The notes under the pieces are model-generated. The model searched no databases. It was not told the origin of the DNA and saw only the letters and a list, made by a program, of their open reading frames with translations. Position numbers and translations under genes: made by a program. From Bdellovibrionales bacterium (GTDB lineage: Bacteria > Bdellovibrionota > Bdellovibrionia > Bdellovibrionales > UBA1609), in the NCBI GenBank assembly GCA_027317865.1, contig DAHVQG010000019.1, positions 1 to 11,324 of the forward strand: a stretch of DNA of 11,324 nucleotides, in the 5' to 3' direction. Numbering within the stretch: position 1 is the stretch's first letter; each line of letters begins with the position of its first letter. Positions 1-8,341 of the stretch are shown here, piece by piece.

Positions 1-38
1 CTCCGTCGGTCGTTGCATCTCGATGTGCCCATTCCCAT
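1..38 (-). CDS. Possible 5' start of a gene running off the left edge (MGMGTSRCNDRR...)
   Basis: On the minus strand AGAGG (53-49) lies 10 nt before ATG at 38, and the frame is open to the window edge. It is too short to identify. Confidence 0.3.
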   Translation of the reverse strand, partial: MGMGTSRCNDRR

Positions 39-938
39 TTTGCTTGAACCTCTAACTGTGGCACAGCGACTGAATCTACACTGATCGTAGTTGTATCCAC
101 CCCGTGCAAAAATAATTCTTGCGCCCATCTTGTCGCGTATCTTAAAGAAAATTTTTGAGTAAGCTGAGACTGCGCTCCAACGGACAATCCAAAAAGTGTT
201 TGATTGGTGTTTGTCAGAGTTTTCGCCGGGTTTGTCGACGGTTCGAAGTCGAGATTGCGAACTGAAAAGTCAGTAAAAGACAAAAATCGCCTCGACCATC
301 TCTGTTGCCATTCCGCCGCCAAATTAAAATCGTGGCTCGTATTCAAATCGGCATTCGTGTTTGTTGAGAATTCATGTGCAGCAAGCGTCGTAAATGCAAA
401 ACCGACTCGATAGAAAATTTCATGAACGACACGCCGAGACGTTTGGCATCGATGCGGCACATCTACTTTCGTTGAAGTCGCCGATATTGACTGCGACGCC
501 AACTGCCGCTGATTTACAGTAAGTGAAGTTTGTCTCAAAAAAATTTTTTCACCAGGAAAAATCAAGTTTCGATTTTTAATCTGTGGGTTGAGACCAAGTA
601 GCCTCTTCAACGAACCCGATTTTGTATAAACCGGAGCACCCAAGTATTTGAATGCAATCGCTGAGAGTACTTGATTTTGTTTGACAATAATGAACGGACT
701 ATTTACCGCATAAACTTGAAGAGAAATAAATGTGAGTAAAATAGTTGCCAATAACCAGTTTTTCATCAATTTCCAACATGTTCCGCGCGGATGGCAAGAC
801 CCCTACTTCATGTAACATATTAGCGTGGGAAAAGGCGCTGCGACATGAAAATCAATGCATGCCTGCGGTTGCCCGGGCATTTTTAGGCCATTCGACCGGC
901 TGTCAAAGGGTTTGCCTAGATTTTTGGCACTCGACACT

Positions 939-1015
939 TGGAGCGGGTGATGGGACTTAAACCCACGACCTTCGCCTTGGCAAGGCGACGCTCTAATCAA
1001 CTGAGCTACACCCGC
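939..1015 (-). tRNA. tRNA-Gly (anticodon GCC), 77 nt, CCA encoded
   Basis: The reverse complement GCGGGTG TA GCTC AGTTGATTA GAGC G TCGCC TTGCCAA GGCGA AGGTC GTGGG TTTAAGT CCCAT CACCCGC T CCA folds into a full cloverleaf. U73 discriminator is typical of bacterial tRNA-Gly. Positions 19 and 56 are non-canonical (see findings). Confidence 0.96.
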
Positions 1016-1047
1016 GACGATCAGAAATGATGTCGACAGAAGCAGCC

Positions 1048-1076
1048 AAGTTAGGCGGGGTCACCTATCTTGTCAA
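1048..1076 (-). promoter_or_regulatory. Sigma70 promoter of tRNA-Gly
   Basis: Minus strand TTGACA (1076-1071), 17-nt spacer, TAACTT (1053-1048), then the GC-rich discriminator GGCTGC typical of stable-RNA promoters. Confidence 0.75.
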
Positions 1077-1146
1077 GGTTGACGTTATGACGCCGTCGCC
1101 ATCACGAACGGTGCTCAAACCGTACGCAAAATGTGCTTCTGATTGT

Positions 1147-1176
1147 TTGATAAACTCGAAAGCACTACAGTAAACT
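1147..1176 (+). promoter_or_regulatory. Putative sigma70 promoter for the methyltransferase (probably leaderless mRNA)
   Basis: TTGATA (1147-1152), 18-nt spacer, TAAACT (1171-1176). The ATG follows 6 nt later with no Shine-Dalgarno. Confidence 0.45.
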
Positions 1177-1182
1177 ACCAAA

Positions 1183-1962
1183 ATGAATAAACCCGAGGGC
1201 CCATCAGCAAGTTCAGAATCGGCGAAATTTAAGGATCTTTTCAGCCGGCAAAGTGCGGACTACTCGAAGTTTAGACCGACTTATCCGACCGAGTTATTTG
1301 AGTATCTTGCGACACTGGTCGACAAGCGCGATCTTGCCTGGGATGTCGGTACCGGTAATGGCCAATCGGCAGTAATGGTTGCAAATCATTTTAGTCGGGT
1401 GGTGGCGACTGACCCGTCCATCAAGCAAATTGAGCGGGCGACGCCAAATTCGCGGGTCATTTACCATGTGGGAGCAGCCGAATCTTCAGAGTTCGCGGAT
1501 CATACGGTCGACCTTGTCACAGTTGCGCAAGCCATTCATTGGTTTAACCACGAGAAATTTTTTAACGAGGTACGCCGCGTGCTCAAACCAAAAGGTGTAT
1601 TGGCATTTTGGTGTTATGGCGGAGCGCAAATCACCCCCGAAGTGAACGCCGTCGTTCGCAAACTTTACCTCGATATTCTCGGCCCTTATTGGCAGCCCGA
1701 AAGAAGACTTATAGAAGAAGGCTATCGAAGCATTCGTGTTCCAATGCAAGAAATCACGCCTCCGGATTTTTCAATTACCGCCGATTGGGAGCTTGAGCAT
1801 TTGATTGGATATTTGGGCACATGGTCGGCTCTGCAATCCTATATCGAGAAAAACAAATCAAACCCGCTCGAAGCTATGTACGAACAACTGAGAACGGCTT
1901 GGGGCAAAATCTCAACTCATCGAGTCCAGTGGGAACTCAATTTGCGCGTTGCCCGCAATTGA
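1183..1962 (+). CDS. Class I SAM-dependent methyltransferase (Methyltransf_11 / trans-aconitate methyltransferase-like)
   Basis: 259 aa. Motif I AWDVGTGNGQ, DLVTVAQAIHWF, RRVLKPKGVLAFW and N-terminal FSRQSADYSKFRPTYP are characteristic of this family. Confidence 0.9.
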   Translation: MNKPEGPSASSESAKFKDLFSRQSADYSKFRPTYPTELFEYLATLVDKRDLAWDVGTGNGQSAVMVANHFSRVVATDPSIKQIERATPNSRVIYHVGAAESSEFADHTVDLVTVAQAIHWFNHEKFFNEVRRVLKPKGVLAFWCYGGAQITPEVNAVVRKLYLDILGPYWQPERRLIEEGYRSIRVPMQEITPPDFSITADWELEHLIGYLGTWSALQSYIEKNKSNPLEAMYEQLRTAWGKISTHRVQWELNLRVARN

Positions 1963-3009
1963 CTCCCGCGAACCGAGCCGCACGCCGATTCCTATCAACC
2001 GAACCGGTTTATTATACCGCTTTACAGCCGCATCCAACATTTCGCGAAACGCCGCAAGCGATGGCGTTCGTGTTCGACTCGTTTCAAGCGTCGTCTGTTT
2101 AAAATCGAAAAATTTAACTTTCACAAAAAGCGCCCGCACGAGATCAGCTGCCCTTGCCGAGTTCAAACGCGTCAAAAAATCTTCAAATAAGGGCGGCAGC
2201 TTTTGCATACATTCTTCAACAGTTTGCAAATCTTGATTGTACGTCCACTCAACGCTGATCGATTTTCTTTCGCTCGTCACTTCGACGGGCCGATGATCAA
2301 TCCCGCGACAGAGGTCATTCAACCTCAGCCCCCATGAACCAAACTCGGCTTTAAGCTGTGTGACCGGCAGAGATTGCAAATCTTGACATGTGTACAGCGA
2401 AAGCGCGTGCATTTTGCGCGCAGTGACCTTGCCTACACCTGGAATTTTTTCGACCTTTAACTTTTTTACGAATTCGCCCACCATTGCGGGAGCAATTGTA
2501 AATTGGCCGTTAGGTTTCTTCCAATCGCTGGCCACTTTAGCGAGAAATTTGTTCGGAGCGATCCCCGCTGACGCTGTAAGCCCCGTTTCGGCAAAAATTT
2601 GACGGCGAATTTCAGCGGCCATCCTTGTGGCAATGCCGTCAAAGGCGGCGGAATTCGTGACGTCGAGAAATGCTTCATCCAGCGAGAGGGGTTCGATTAT
2701 TTCAGTGAAACATCTCAATATCTCGCGAATTTTTCGGCTTTCAGCTCGGTATTTGTCAAAATTCGGCGGGAGCAATACGAGTTGTGGACACAATTTCACC
2801 GCTCGCGCCGACGACATTGCGGAACGAAGCCCGTACGTTCGGGCCTCGTAATTTGCTGTTGTTAGAACGCCGCGCTGATCGGGCCGGCCGCCAACTGCAA
2901 CCGGCTTACCATTAAGATTCGGATCGTCGCGCATCTCGACCGCCGCGAAGAAACAATCCATGTCCACATGGATAATTTTTCGATTAAAATCGCCGCCCGA
3001 ATCAGACAA
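1912..3009 (-). CDS. dinB: DNA polymerase IV (Y-family)
   Basis: 365 aa with IIHVDMDCFFAAVE, TANYEARTYG, SLDEAFLD, SAGIAPNKFLAKVASDWKKPNG, HhH IPGVGKVT, little-finger VRLIGIGV and a C-terminal QIEF clamp-binding-like motif. The TTG start is slightly uncertain. Confidence 0.96.
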   Translation of the reverse strand: MSDSGGDFNRKIIHVDMDCFFAAVEMRDDPNLNGKPVAVGGRPDQRGVLTTANYEARTYGLRSAMSSARAVKLCPQLVLLPPNFDKYRAESRKIREILRCFTEIIEPLSLDEAFLDVTNSAAFDGIATRMAAEIRRQIFAETGLTASAGIAPNKFLAKVASDWKKPNGQFTIAPAMVGEFVKKLKVEKIPGVGKVTARKMHALSLYTCQDLQSLPVTQLKAEFGSWGLRLNDLCRGIDHRPVEVTSERKSISVEWTYNQDLQTVEECMQKLPPLFEDFLTRLNSARAADLVRALFVKVKFFDFKQTTLETSRTRTPSLAAFREMLDAAVKRYNKPVRLIGIGVRLGSRESIAGNAQIEFPLDSMS

Positions 3010-3014
3010 GTAGG

Positions 3015-3491
3015 TTACAACGTGAAGTGAAAATATACGGGATGCATGCGATTCACTTGCACACGTGCCACGTATTTACCTGTTGCCAATACTAAATTAT
3101 TGCCGAAGTGAGTGGTGCTCGGTCCCTTACCTTTGACCGACATACGCGCCACGTGAACCGACATCCAGCGGCCCGGTTTTGGAGTCAACTGTCGGTACGA
3201 AATCGATACCATCGCTTTGGCAACAGGTTTGCCTTTCTCTTGCAAAAAAACCACCATGTGATGATTGGGTTTTGGCTTCGCGCTCAAGTCCATCGGTTTG
3301 GCGCCACCGTCCCACTGCATCGCCGCTTTTGGTCCCATAAAAGCCTCAGCCGGCAACACTTTCAACGTTACCGAATAAACTCCGGATTTCTTCGTTTGAC
3401 TTACGTTATTAGCCCACGCAACAGTCGCCGACATCGCGACACTAACGGCGGCGAGGCTAAGACCCACTAACAATCCCTTCAACTTTCTCAT
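3015..3491 (-). CDS. Secreted His/Met-rich basic protein, possibly a p19/Tp34-like periplasmic metal-binding or YtkA-like Ig fold
   Basis: Start moved to ATG 3491 because AAGGAG (3504-3499) lies 7 nt upstream; 158 aa. Signal peptide MRKLKGLLVGLSLAAVSVAMSATVAWA. Motifs NHHMVV and THFGNNLVLATGKY recall the p19 HYGxNxxxxxxGxY motif. The family call is inferred. Confidence 0.7.
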   Translation of the reverse strand: MRKLKGLLVGLSLAAVSVAMSATVAWANNVSQTKKSGVYSVTLKVLPAEAFMGPKAAMQWDGGAKPMDLSAKPKPNHHMVVFLQEKGKPVAKAMVSISYRQLTPKPGRWMSVHVARMSVKGKGPSTTHFGNNLVLATGKYVARVQVNRMHPVYFHFTL

Positions 3492-3552
3492 GTAATTGCT
3501 CCTTGGTTTATAATAGTTTTTTATTGCGAGTCGTAGCATATCAAGTCACGAT

Positions 3553-4386
3553 ATGGACATGCAACACTTGACCCTATTCAAAATTATTATTCTCGCCGTG
3601 ATTCAAGGGCTTGCCGAGTTATTGCCTGTATCAAGTTCGGCACACGTCATCGTCGCCGAAAAATTCATGGGGTTTCGAGCCACTACTCCCGAAATGGTTT
3701 ACCTCCTCGTCATGTTGCACACCGGAACGATGTTCGCCGTCATCACCTATTTTTGGCGAGATTGGAAGGCACTGTTACTCGATCGCCAACGGCGAAAAAA
3801 TCTATTTTGGATGTGTTTTTGGGGCACCGGCGCAACTGGCGTAGTAGGCCTTACCCTAATGGAAGTAATTGAAAAAGGTTTTCTGCACGGCCGCGCGGTC
3901 GAAAATATTTTCGGTAATGTTACATTGATTTCGGTTGCACTCGCTTGTTCCGGTATTTTGATTCTCTTTTCAACCGCCAAGCGTTGGAAGAAAAATGAAT
4001 CCGAAGCAAAGAACCAGTCGGTCAAACTTGGCGTTTGGGTCGGTGCGGTACAAGGGTTGTGCTTGCCGTTTCGTGGATTTTCACGCTCTGGCGCAACCAT
4101 TTCTGTTGGTATGATTGCTGGCATGACTAAACGCTTTTCTGAGCAATTTAGTTTTCTTTTGGCCGTTATTTTGACTCCGCCCGTAATTGTGCGCGAAATT
4201 TTGCGTATGGAACATTCCGGAGTCAAACCCCACTTCGTACCGGGTCTGATCGGTCTTTTTTTCAGTTTTCTTGCCGGACTTGTCGCCATCGCCTGGCTTT
4301 CGCGTTGGCTTGAAAAAGGTAAATGGGGTTATTTCGGTATTTACTGCCTTATTTTTTCAGCGGTGCTCTTTTTTCATATTTTGTGA
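3553..4386 (+). CDS. uppP: Undecaprenyl-diphosphate phosphatase (BacA family)
   Basis: 277-aa polytopic membrane protein with QGLAELLPVSSSAH, LHTGT and GFSRSGATIS motifs. Confidence 0.95.
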   Translation: MDMQHLTLFKIIILAVIQGLAELLPVSSSAHVIVAEKFMGFRATTPEMVYLLVMLHTGTMFAVITYFWRDWKALLLDRQRRKNLFWMCFWGTGATGVVGLTLMEVIEKGFLHGRAVENIFGNVTLISVALACSGILILFSTAKRWKKNESEAKNQSVKLGVWVGAVQGLCLPFRGFSRSGATISVGMIAGMTKRFSEQFSFLLAVILTPPVIVREILRMEHSGVKPHFVPGLIGLFFSFLAGLVAIAWLSRWLEKGKWGYFGIYCLIFSAVLFFHIL

Positions 4387-4421
4387 AGCGTATTGAACAT
4401 AAATAACCAATACGCTTTCAC
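4383..4421. terminator. Stem-loop between the convergent uppP and transglutaminase genes (possible bidirectional terminator)
   Basis: Perfect 10-bp stem AAGCGTATTG (4386-4395) / CAATACGCTT (4408-4417) with a 12-nt loop, extendable with one bulge. There is no long U-tract. Confidence 0.5.
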
Positions 4422-4431
4422 CGATATGCGC

Positions 4432-5454
4432 TTACTGGATTACTTTTAAAACTTTTGAAGTAAACGTGTAGCCTTCGTGCGCGGGGTTAATTCCGCTAGA
4501 AATGAGGTTATGCCCTTGAAACAGTTGCGGATACATAAGGTAACTAACGGTATAGCCGTTGGGCAGCCGAACATTTCGCGCAAAATTAAATTCAACCCAG
4601 TTACCCTCCCAGCGATTGAAAAGGCGACTGACCACATGCTGAACATGCGGATTAGCCAATTTCAAATGTTCGTCCAAAATGACCTTGCGGACGTCGGCGG
4701 CATCAGCAGGGTACCATTTCTTATGTTTCACTGAATAATATTCGGCTCGGCAGTGCTCGGCTTTCGAGACGTCCCCCACTTTGCCAAGCGATTTCGAAAC
4801 GTACGAAGGGGCCACGCGCAAACCAAACGCATCGCGAGCAGGAATTCCAGAAGACCTTGCCAGCGCGACAAAAAGCGTATTGATGTCGGCGCACTTGCCG
4901 CCCAAATTGTCGACAGTCAAAGTCGACTTGGCGTCACCCATTCCGCAGCCGCGCGTTTTCGGATTGCGAAATGTATTTTTCACGATCCAGTTATATATCG
5001 CCAGAGCTTTTTTATCAGGGGTCTTGGCGTTGCAAGTTACATTCACCGCTGTTTTTTTAACGATTCCGTTTGTTTGAATGTGCGGCGTTGATCGCAAAAA
5101 ATACCGATTGAATTTGCCCGGAACACCTTTGCGGTCAGATAGCCACAATACCTCACGAAGACGCAGCCAAGGCTTAACCGCATTGTTCCAATGGGCATAT
5201 AAAACGCGCACGTTATATCGTCCATGATCGAAACCGATGTTTACTTTTTTTACCCACGTTGCGTTGGAGTGATAGGTCTCGTTTAAAATTTTCTGATACG
5301 TTAAATTTTTCAACGGGAGCGGTACAAACAGGTCGGCACTCCCCGATTTCAGCGGCGGATGAAATGTTTCGGTAAGTTCGATTTTTCGTTGCCGTGACAG
5401 CGCGGACGCGACACAGGCAAACGTCAACAGAAATAAAACTGTAAGACGGCGCAT
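4432..5454 (-). CDS. Secreted transglutaminase-like (cysteine protease fold) protein
   Basis: 340 aa. Signal peptide MRRLTVLFLLTFACVASA. Catalytic triad motifs GGKCADINTLFVALARSSGIPAR (Cys), EHCRAEYY (His), WYPAD (Asp). SD AGGAG upstream. Confidence 0.9.
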   Translation of the reverse strand: MRRLTVLFLLTFACVASALSRQRKIELTETFHPPLKSGSADLFVPLPLKNLTYQKILNETYHSNATWVKKVNIGFDHGRYNVRVLYAHWNNAVKPWLRLREVLWLSDRKGVPGKFNRYFLRSTPHIQTNGIVKKTAVNVTCNAKTPDKKALAIYNWIVKNTFRNPKTRGCGMGDAKSTLTVDNLGGKCADINTLFVALARSSGIPARDAFGLRVAPSYVSKSLGKVGDVSKAEHCRAEYYSVKHKKWYPADAADVRKVILDEHLKLANPHVQHVVSRLFNRWEGNWVEFNFARNVRLPNGYTVSYLMYPQLFQGHNLISSGINPAHEGYTFTSKVLKVIQ

Positions 5455-5722
5455 GATGAATTTTCTCCTAAAAATTTTGCAACAGTTAAACCAGGGATTG
5501 TGGCGACTGTAAAGGGCTGTCGGTGTGCGCTTAACGTTTTTTGTATTCGCCGTTTCAACCCATCACTGCGCCAATTATGAATTCTTAATACCCCGGTAAT
5601 TCGCAGAATGCCCCGTCCAATTTATATATAATTACTTCGTCGTTACAATACCTCTTTAGTGATTAAGAGGTCGTGATCAAAATCATGCGAAAATCCGACG
5701 CTAAGCCTAGAGGAAGTCAAAC

Positions 5723-7597
5723 ATGCAACAAACAGAATGCAGAGGCAAGTCGCCTAACAGTAGCGGGCGATTCAATTTTACCGAACACACAAAAGTATTG
5801 ATTTCTTCGGTCGCAACGTTACTCGTCGCCACCGTTTTGGTGGCCGGGTCGGCGCTCTATATATCTTATCACGCGGCTTTAGAAGACAAAATCGAGAGCC
5901 TAAGAGATGAAGCTCTTGCGACGAGTCGGCTAATTGAAGCTCTTCACGAAAAGGGGCATTCAAAAAAAGAGATTTTGCAAGTGCTGATCCATACTGAAGA
6001 GCGCCCAAATGTACTGAAACGGGAGTTGGTGGTCGGAACTGCGAAGCACAAATCCATTCGCTTTTTATTAAGAAAAGGTCGCGACCGCTATGAAAAAGAA
6101 GAAGAGCCAACGCTTGACAGGGACCTTCTTATCCCAATGAAAAACGCACTCGCCGGCAGGGCTGGTAAAATTTTTGAATCGGACTACAAGGGGCATAGAG
6201 TTTTGACGGCATTTGTGCCGGTCCCCTCTATGCATTGGGGCATCGTCACTAAACTGGACATGGCTGACGTTAGAAAGCCATTTCTCGTTGCTGGCCGAGA
6301 AGCTTCCGTCGGGCTGCTTATAGTTTTACTGTTGGGAATACTCGTATTTTACCGCACCGGCGGCCGTCTACTTAAAAAATTAGCGCAAACTGAGTTGGAT
6401 CTCAAAACCGCGAGAGAAAAAGCTGATGCTGCAAATAAAGCAAAAAGCGTTTTTCTTGCGCATATGAGCCATGAAATTCGAACTCCGCTAGCCGCAATTA
6501 TCGGGTTCAGCGAACTGCTCCTCGATCCCAACGTCAGCAAAGACGACAAAGAACGCTTCATTACAACAATAATTAGAAGTGGAAAACACTTGGGGACACT
6601 CCTCGACGATGTGCTCGATTTTTCAAAGATCGAGGCTGGCGAAATTGAAATCCAAAGGGTTCCGTTTAACGTCGTTCAAGAACTCGCCACCGTGCACTCG
6701 GCCCTAACTTACAGAGCGCGCAAAAAAAATATTGAACTTAAACTCACGTACGATTCGAAGCTGCCCGAAATCATAACTTCAGACGCCACTCGATTTCGGC
6801 AAATATTATTTAACGTCATCGGCAATGCAATTAAATTTACCGAACGCGGCTGCGTCTCGGTTAGTTTCAGCATGGATGGTAATTTGTTAAAGATTTTAAT
6901 CAAAGATACCGGGCCGGGAATAAATTCAGATTTTCACGACAAAATTTTCGAGCCCTTTTCACAGGAGGGTGCGTTCGTTTTAAAACGTTACGGTGGCACC
7001 GGACTCGGCCTGAGCATTTCGAGAACAATGGCTCGACTTTTAGGCGGCGATCTAAAATTGTTGAAAAGCATTGTCGGCCAAGGTTCAACATTTGAAATTA
7101 CAATCGACGCGTCACCGTATAGTTATAAACACGTTAGCGTCAACGGTGCATTAGTTGCGGAAAAGAAGGCGGGCAATAATTCGAGCAGCTTAAGTGGGTA
7201 TTCCATTTTAGTTGTAGACGACGCGCCCGATGGTCAACTGCTCGCCAAAATAATGTTGGAGTCACGCGGAGCTAAAGTTACCGTTGCCGAAAGCGGCGAA
7301 AAGGCAATTGAAATCGCGGATCAAATACCTTTCGACGTTATCCTACTGGATATCAATTTGCCAGGTATCGACGGTTATGAAACTGCTCGCCTCTTAAGAG
7401 AAAAAGGATTCAGAAGCCCAATCGTAGCGCTCACGGCAAATGCGACAACAGAAGGTAAAAAATGGTGTCTTGAACGCGGATTTGATAAATTCGTAACTAA
7501 GCCCATCAACGCGGCGACGCTTGAAAGTTTACTATTGCAATTGAAAAACGAAAGAATTGAAAATTTGAGAGCGCCGGATAGCCAAGCCGCGCCCTAA
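5723..7597 (+). CDS. Membrane hybrid sensor histidine kinase (Cache-like sensor, HisKA, HATPase_c, REC)
   Basis: Two TM helices flank a periplasmic segment with DYKGHRVLTAF..WGIVTKLD. H-box FLAHMSHEIRTPL, N-box QILFNVIGNAIKFT, G1 DTGPGI, G2 GGTGLGL, receiver ILVVDD..LLDINLPGIDG..KP. SD AGAGG. Confidence 0.95.
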   Translation: MQQTECRGKSPNSSGRFNFTEHTKVLISSVATLLVATVLVAGSALYISYHAALEDKIESLRDEALATSRLIEALHEKGHSKKEILQVLIHTEERPNVLKRELVVGTAKHKSIRFLLRKGRDRYEKEEEPTLDRDLLIPMKNALAGRAGKIFESDYKGHRVLTAFVPVPSMHWGIVTKLDMADVRKPFLVAGREASVGLLIVLLLGILVFYRTGGRLLKKLAQTELDLKTAREKADAANKAKSVFLAHMSHEIRTPLAAIIGFSELLLDPNVSKDDKERFITTIIRSGKHLGTLLDDVLDFSKIEAGEIEIQRVPFNVVQELATVHSALTYRARKKNIELKLTYDSKLPEIITSDATRFRQILFNVIGNAIKFTERGCVSVSFSMDGNLLKILIKDTGPGINSDFHDKIFEPFSQEGAFVLKRYGGTGLGLSISRTMARLLGGDLKLLKSIVGQGSTFEITIDASPYSYKHVSVNGALVAEKKAGNNSSSLSGYSILVVDDAPDGQLLAKIMLESRGAKVTVAESGEKAIEIADQIPFDVILLDINLPGIDGYETARLLREKGFRSPIVALTANATTEGKKWCLERGFDKFVTKPINAATLESLLLQLKNERIENLRAPDSQAAP

Positions 7598-8229
7598 TGA
7601 TTCTTCTCCCACTCGTCGAAAGAAATTCGCGGAATATTGATAAATGCATCACGTGTCTTAACATAATTCCCGAGTCCGTTCATGCGTCCGATCGCGTGTA
7701 GTTCCTCGGCTTTGATATATGGACCTGCTGGATCGACAAACCGGTCATCTACATACACGGACACAACTTGCCCTAATATGATTCGCGAGCGCCCGATTTC
7801 CATTGTGGTAAACTCGCGGCACTCAAGTGCCGCGTGGGCCTCGGCAATTCGAGGCGGTTTCACCGCTTGCGACGACACGGTTGTAAACCCCGCCATATCC
7901 ACTTCATTAATCTCCGGGGGGAAGTCAATCGCGCAAACGTTCATCTTCTGCGCAATGTCTTCCGTCACTACGTTGACCACAAACTCACCGGTGCGCCGAA
8001 TGTTGCGGGCAGTATCTTTCGGCAGATACTTCGCCTCTGGCCGGTTGGTCACGCCAATGCCAATGATCGGCGGGTCAACGCACAGGTAATTGTAGGCGCT
8101 GAATGGTGCCGCATTCAGTTTACCATTCTCGTCGATACTGGTGATCAGCGCGATAGGTCGCGGTGCCACCAAACCAACTAACAGCTTGTACGCCACACTG
8201 GACCGCTCCGCTTCAAGATTAAATTGCAT
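7594..8229 (-). CDS. Flavin reductase-like FMN-binding protein
   Basis: Start moved to ATG 8229 (GAGGAG 9 nt upstream); 211 aa. Motifs APRPIALITS, NAAPFS, KDTARNIRRTGEFVVN, PPRIAEA..ALEC. Its stop codon overlaps the kinase stop (7594-7597). Confidence 0.9.
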   Translation of the reverse strand: MQFNLEAERSSVAYKLLVGLVAPRPIALITSIDENGKLNAAPFSAYNYLCVDPPIIGIGVTNRPEAKYLPKDTARNIRRTGEFVVNVVTEDIAQKMNVCAIDFPPEINEVDMAGFTTVSSQAVKPPRIAEAHAALECREFTTMEIGRSRIILGQVVSVYVDDRFVDPAGPYIKAEELHAIGRMNGLGNYVKTRDAFINIPRISFDEWEKNH

Positions 8230-8324
8230 TTTAATTTGCTCCTCGCTAGGGCATTCTATCCTGCTCGCCAAAAAAGTCACCGCTTACCTAACCAGTACTC
8301 ACTTCATCTACAAGAAATTCTCTC

Positions 8325-8341
8325 TTGGCATGCTGGTTGCA
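8325..8341 (+). promoter_or_regulatory. Sigma54 (RpoN) -24/-12 promoter
   Basis: TTGGCAT-GCTGG-TTGCA: GG at 8327-8328 and GC at 8339-8340 with exact N10 spacing, about 45 nt upstream of the ATG at 8386. Confidence 0.7.

Noticed and set aside
204-413. 69-aa ORF on the plus strand
   Set aside because: TTG start with no SD and no recognisable motif; likely spurious.
85-640. Possible oriC (AT-rich, GTATCCACC at about 93-101)
   Set aside because: No cluster of DnaA boxes with one mismatch or fewer, and no dnaA/dnaN/gidA context.
860-920. c-di-GMP-I riboswitch-like words on the minus strand (GGCAAACC ... GGCCTAA)
   Set aside because: The GNRA-capped stem and the GCAAAG receptor segment are not present, and the stems do not pair.
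745-1000. ORFs 745..960 (+) and 803..1000 (-)
   Set aside because: Both overlap the tRNA-Gly gene and are shadow frames.
1161-1169. AGCACTACA, the reverse complement of the first 9 bp of the putative IS end at 11266
   Set aside because: A 9-bp match is plausible by chance in 11 kb, the match does not extend, and the orientation does not enclose the interval as a transposon.
5650-5712. Inverted repeat ACCTCTT-N8-AAGAGGT and a GCGAAA..GACGCTAAG riboswitch-like word upstream of the kinase
   Set aside because: The 7-bp IR could be an operator but nothing else supports it, and a riboswitch fold cannot be built.
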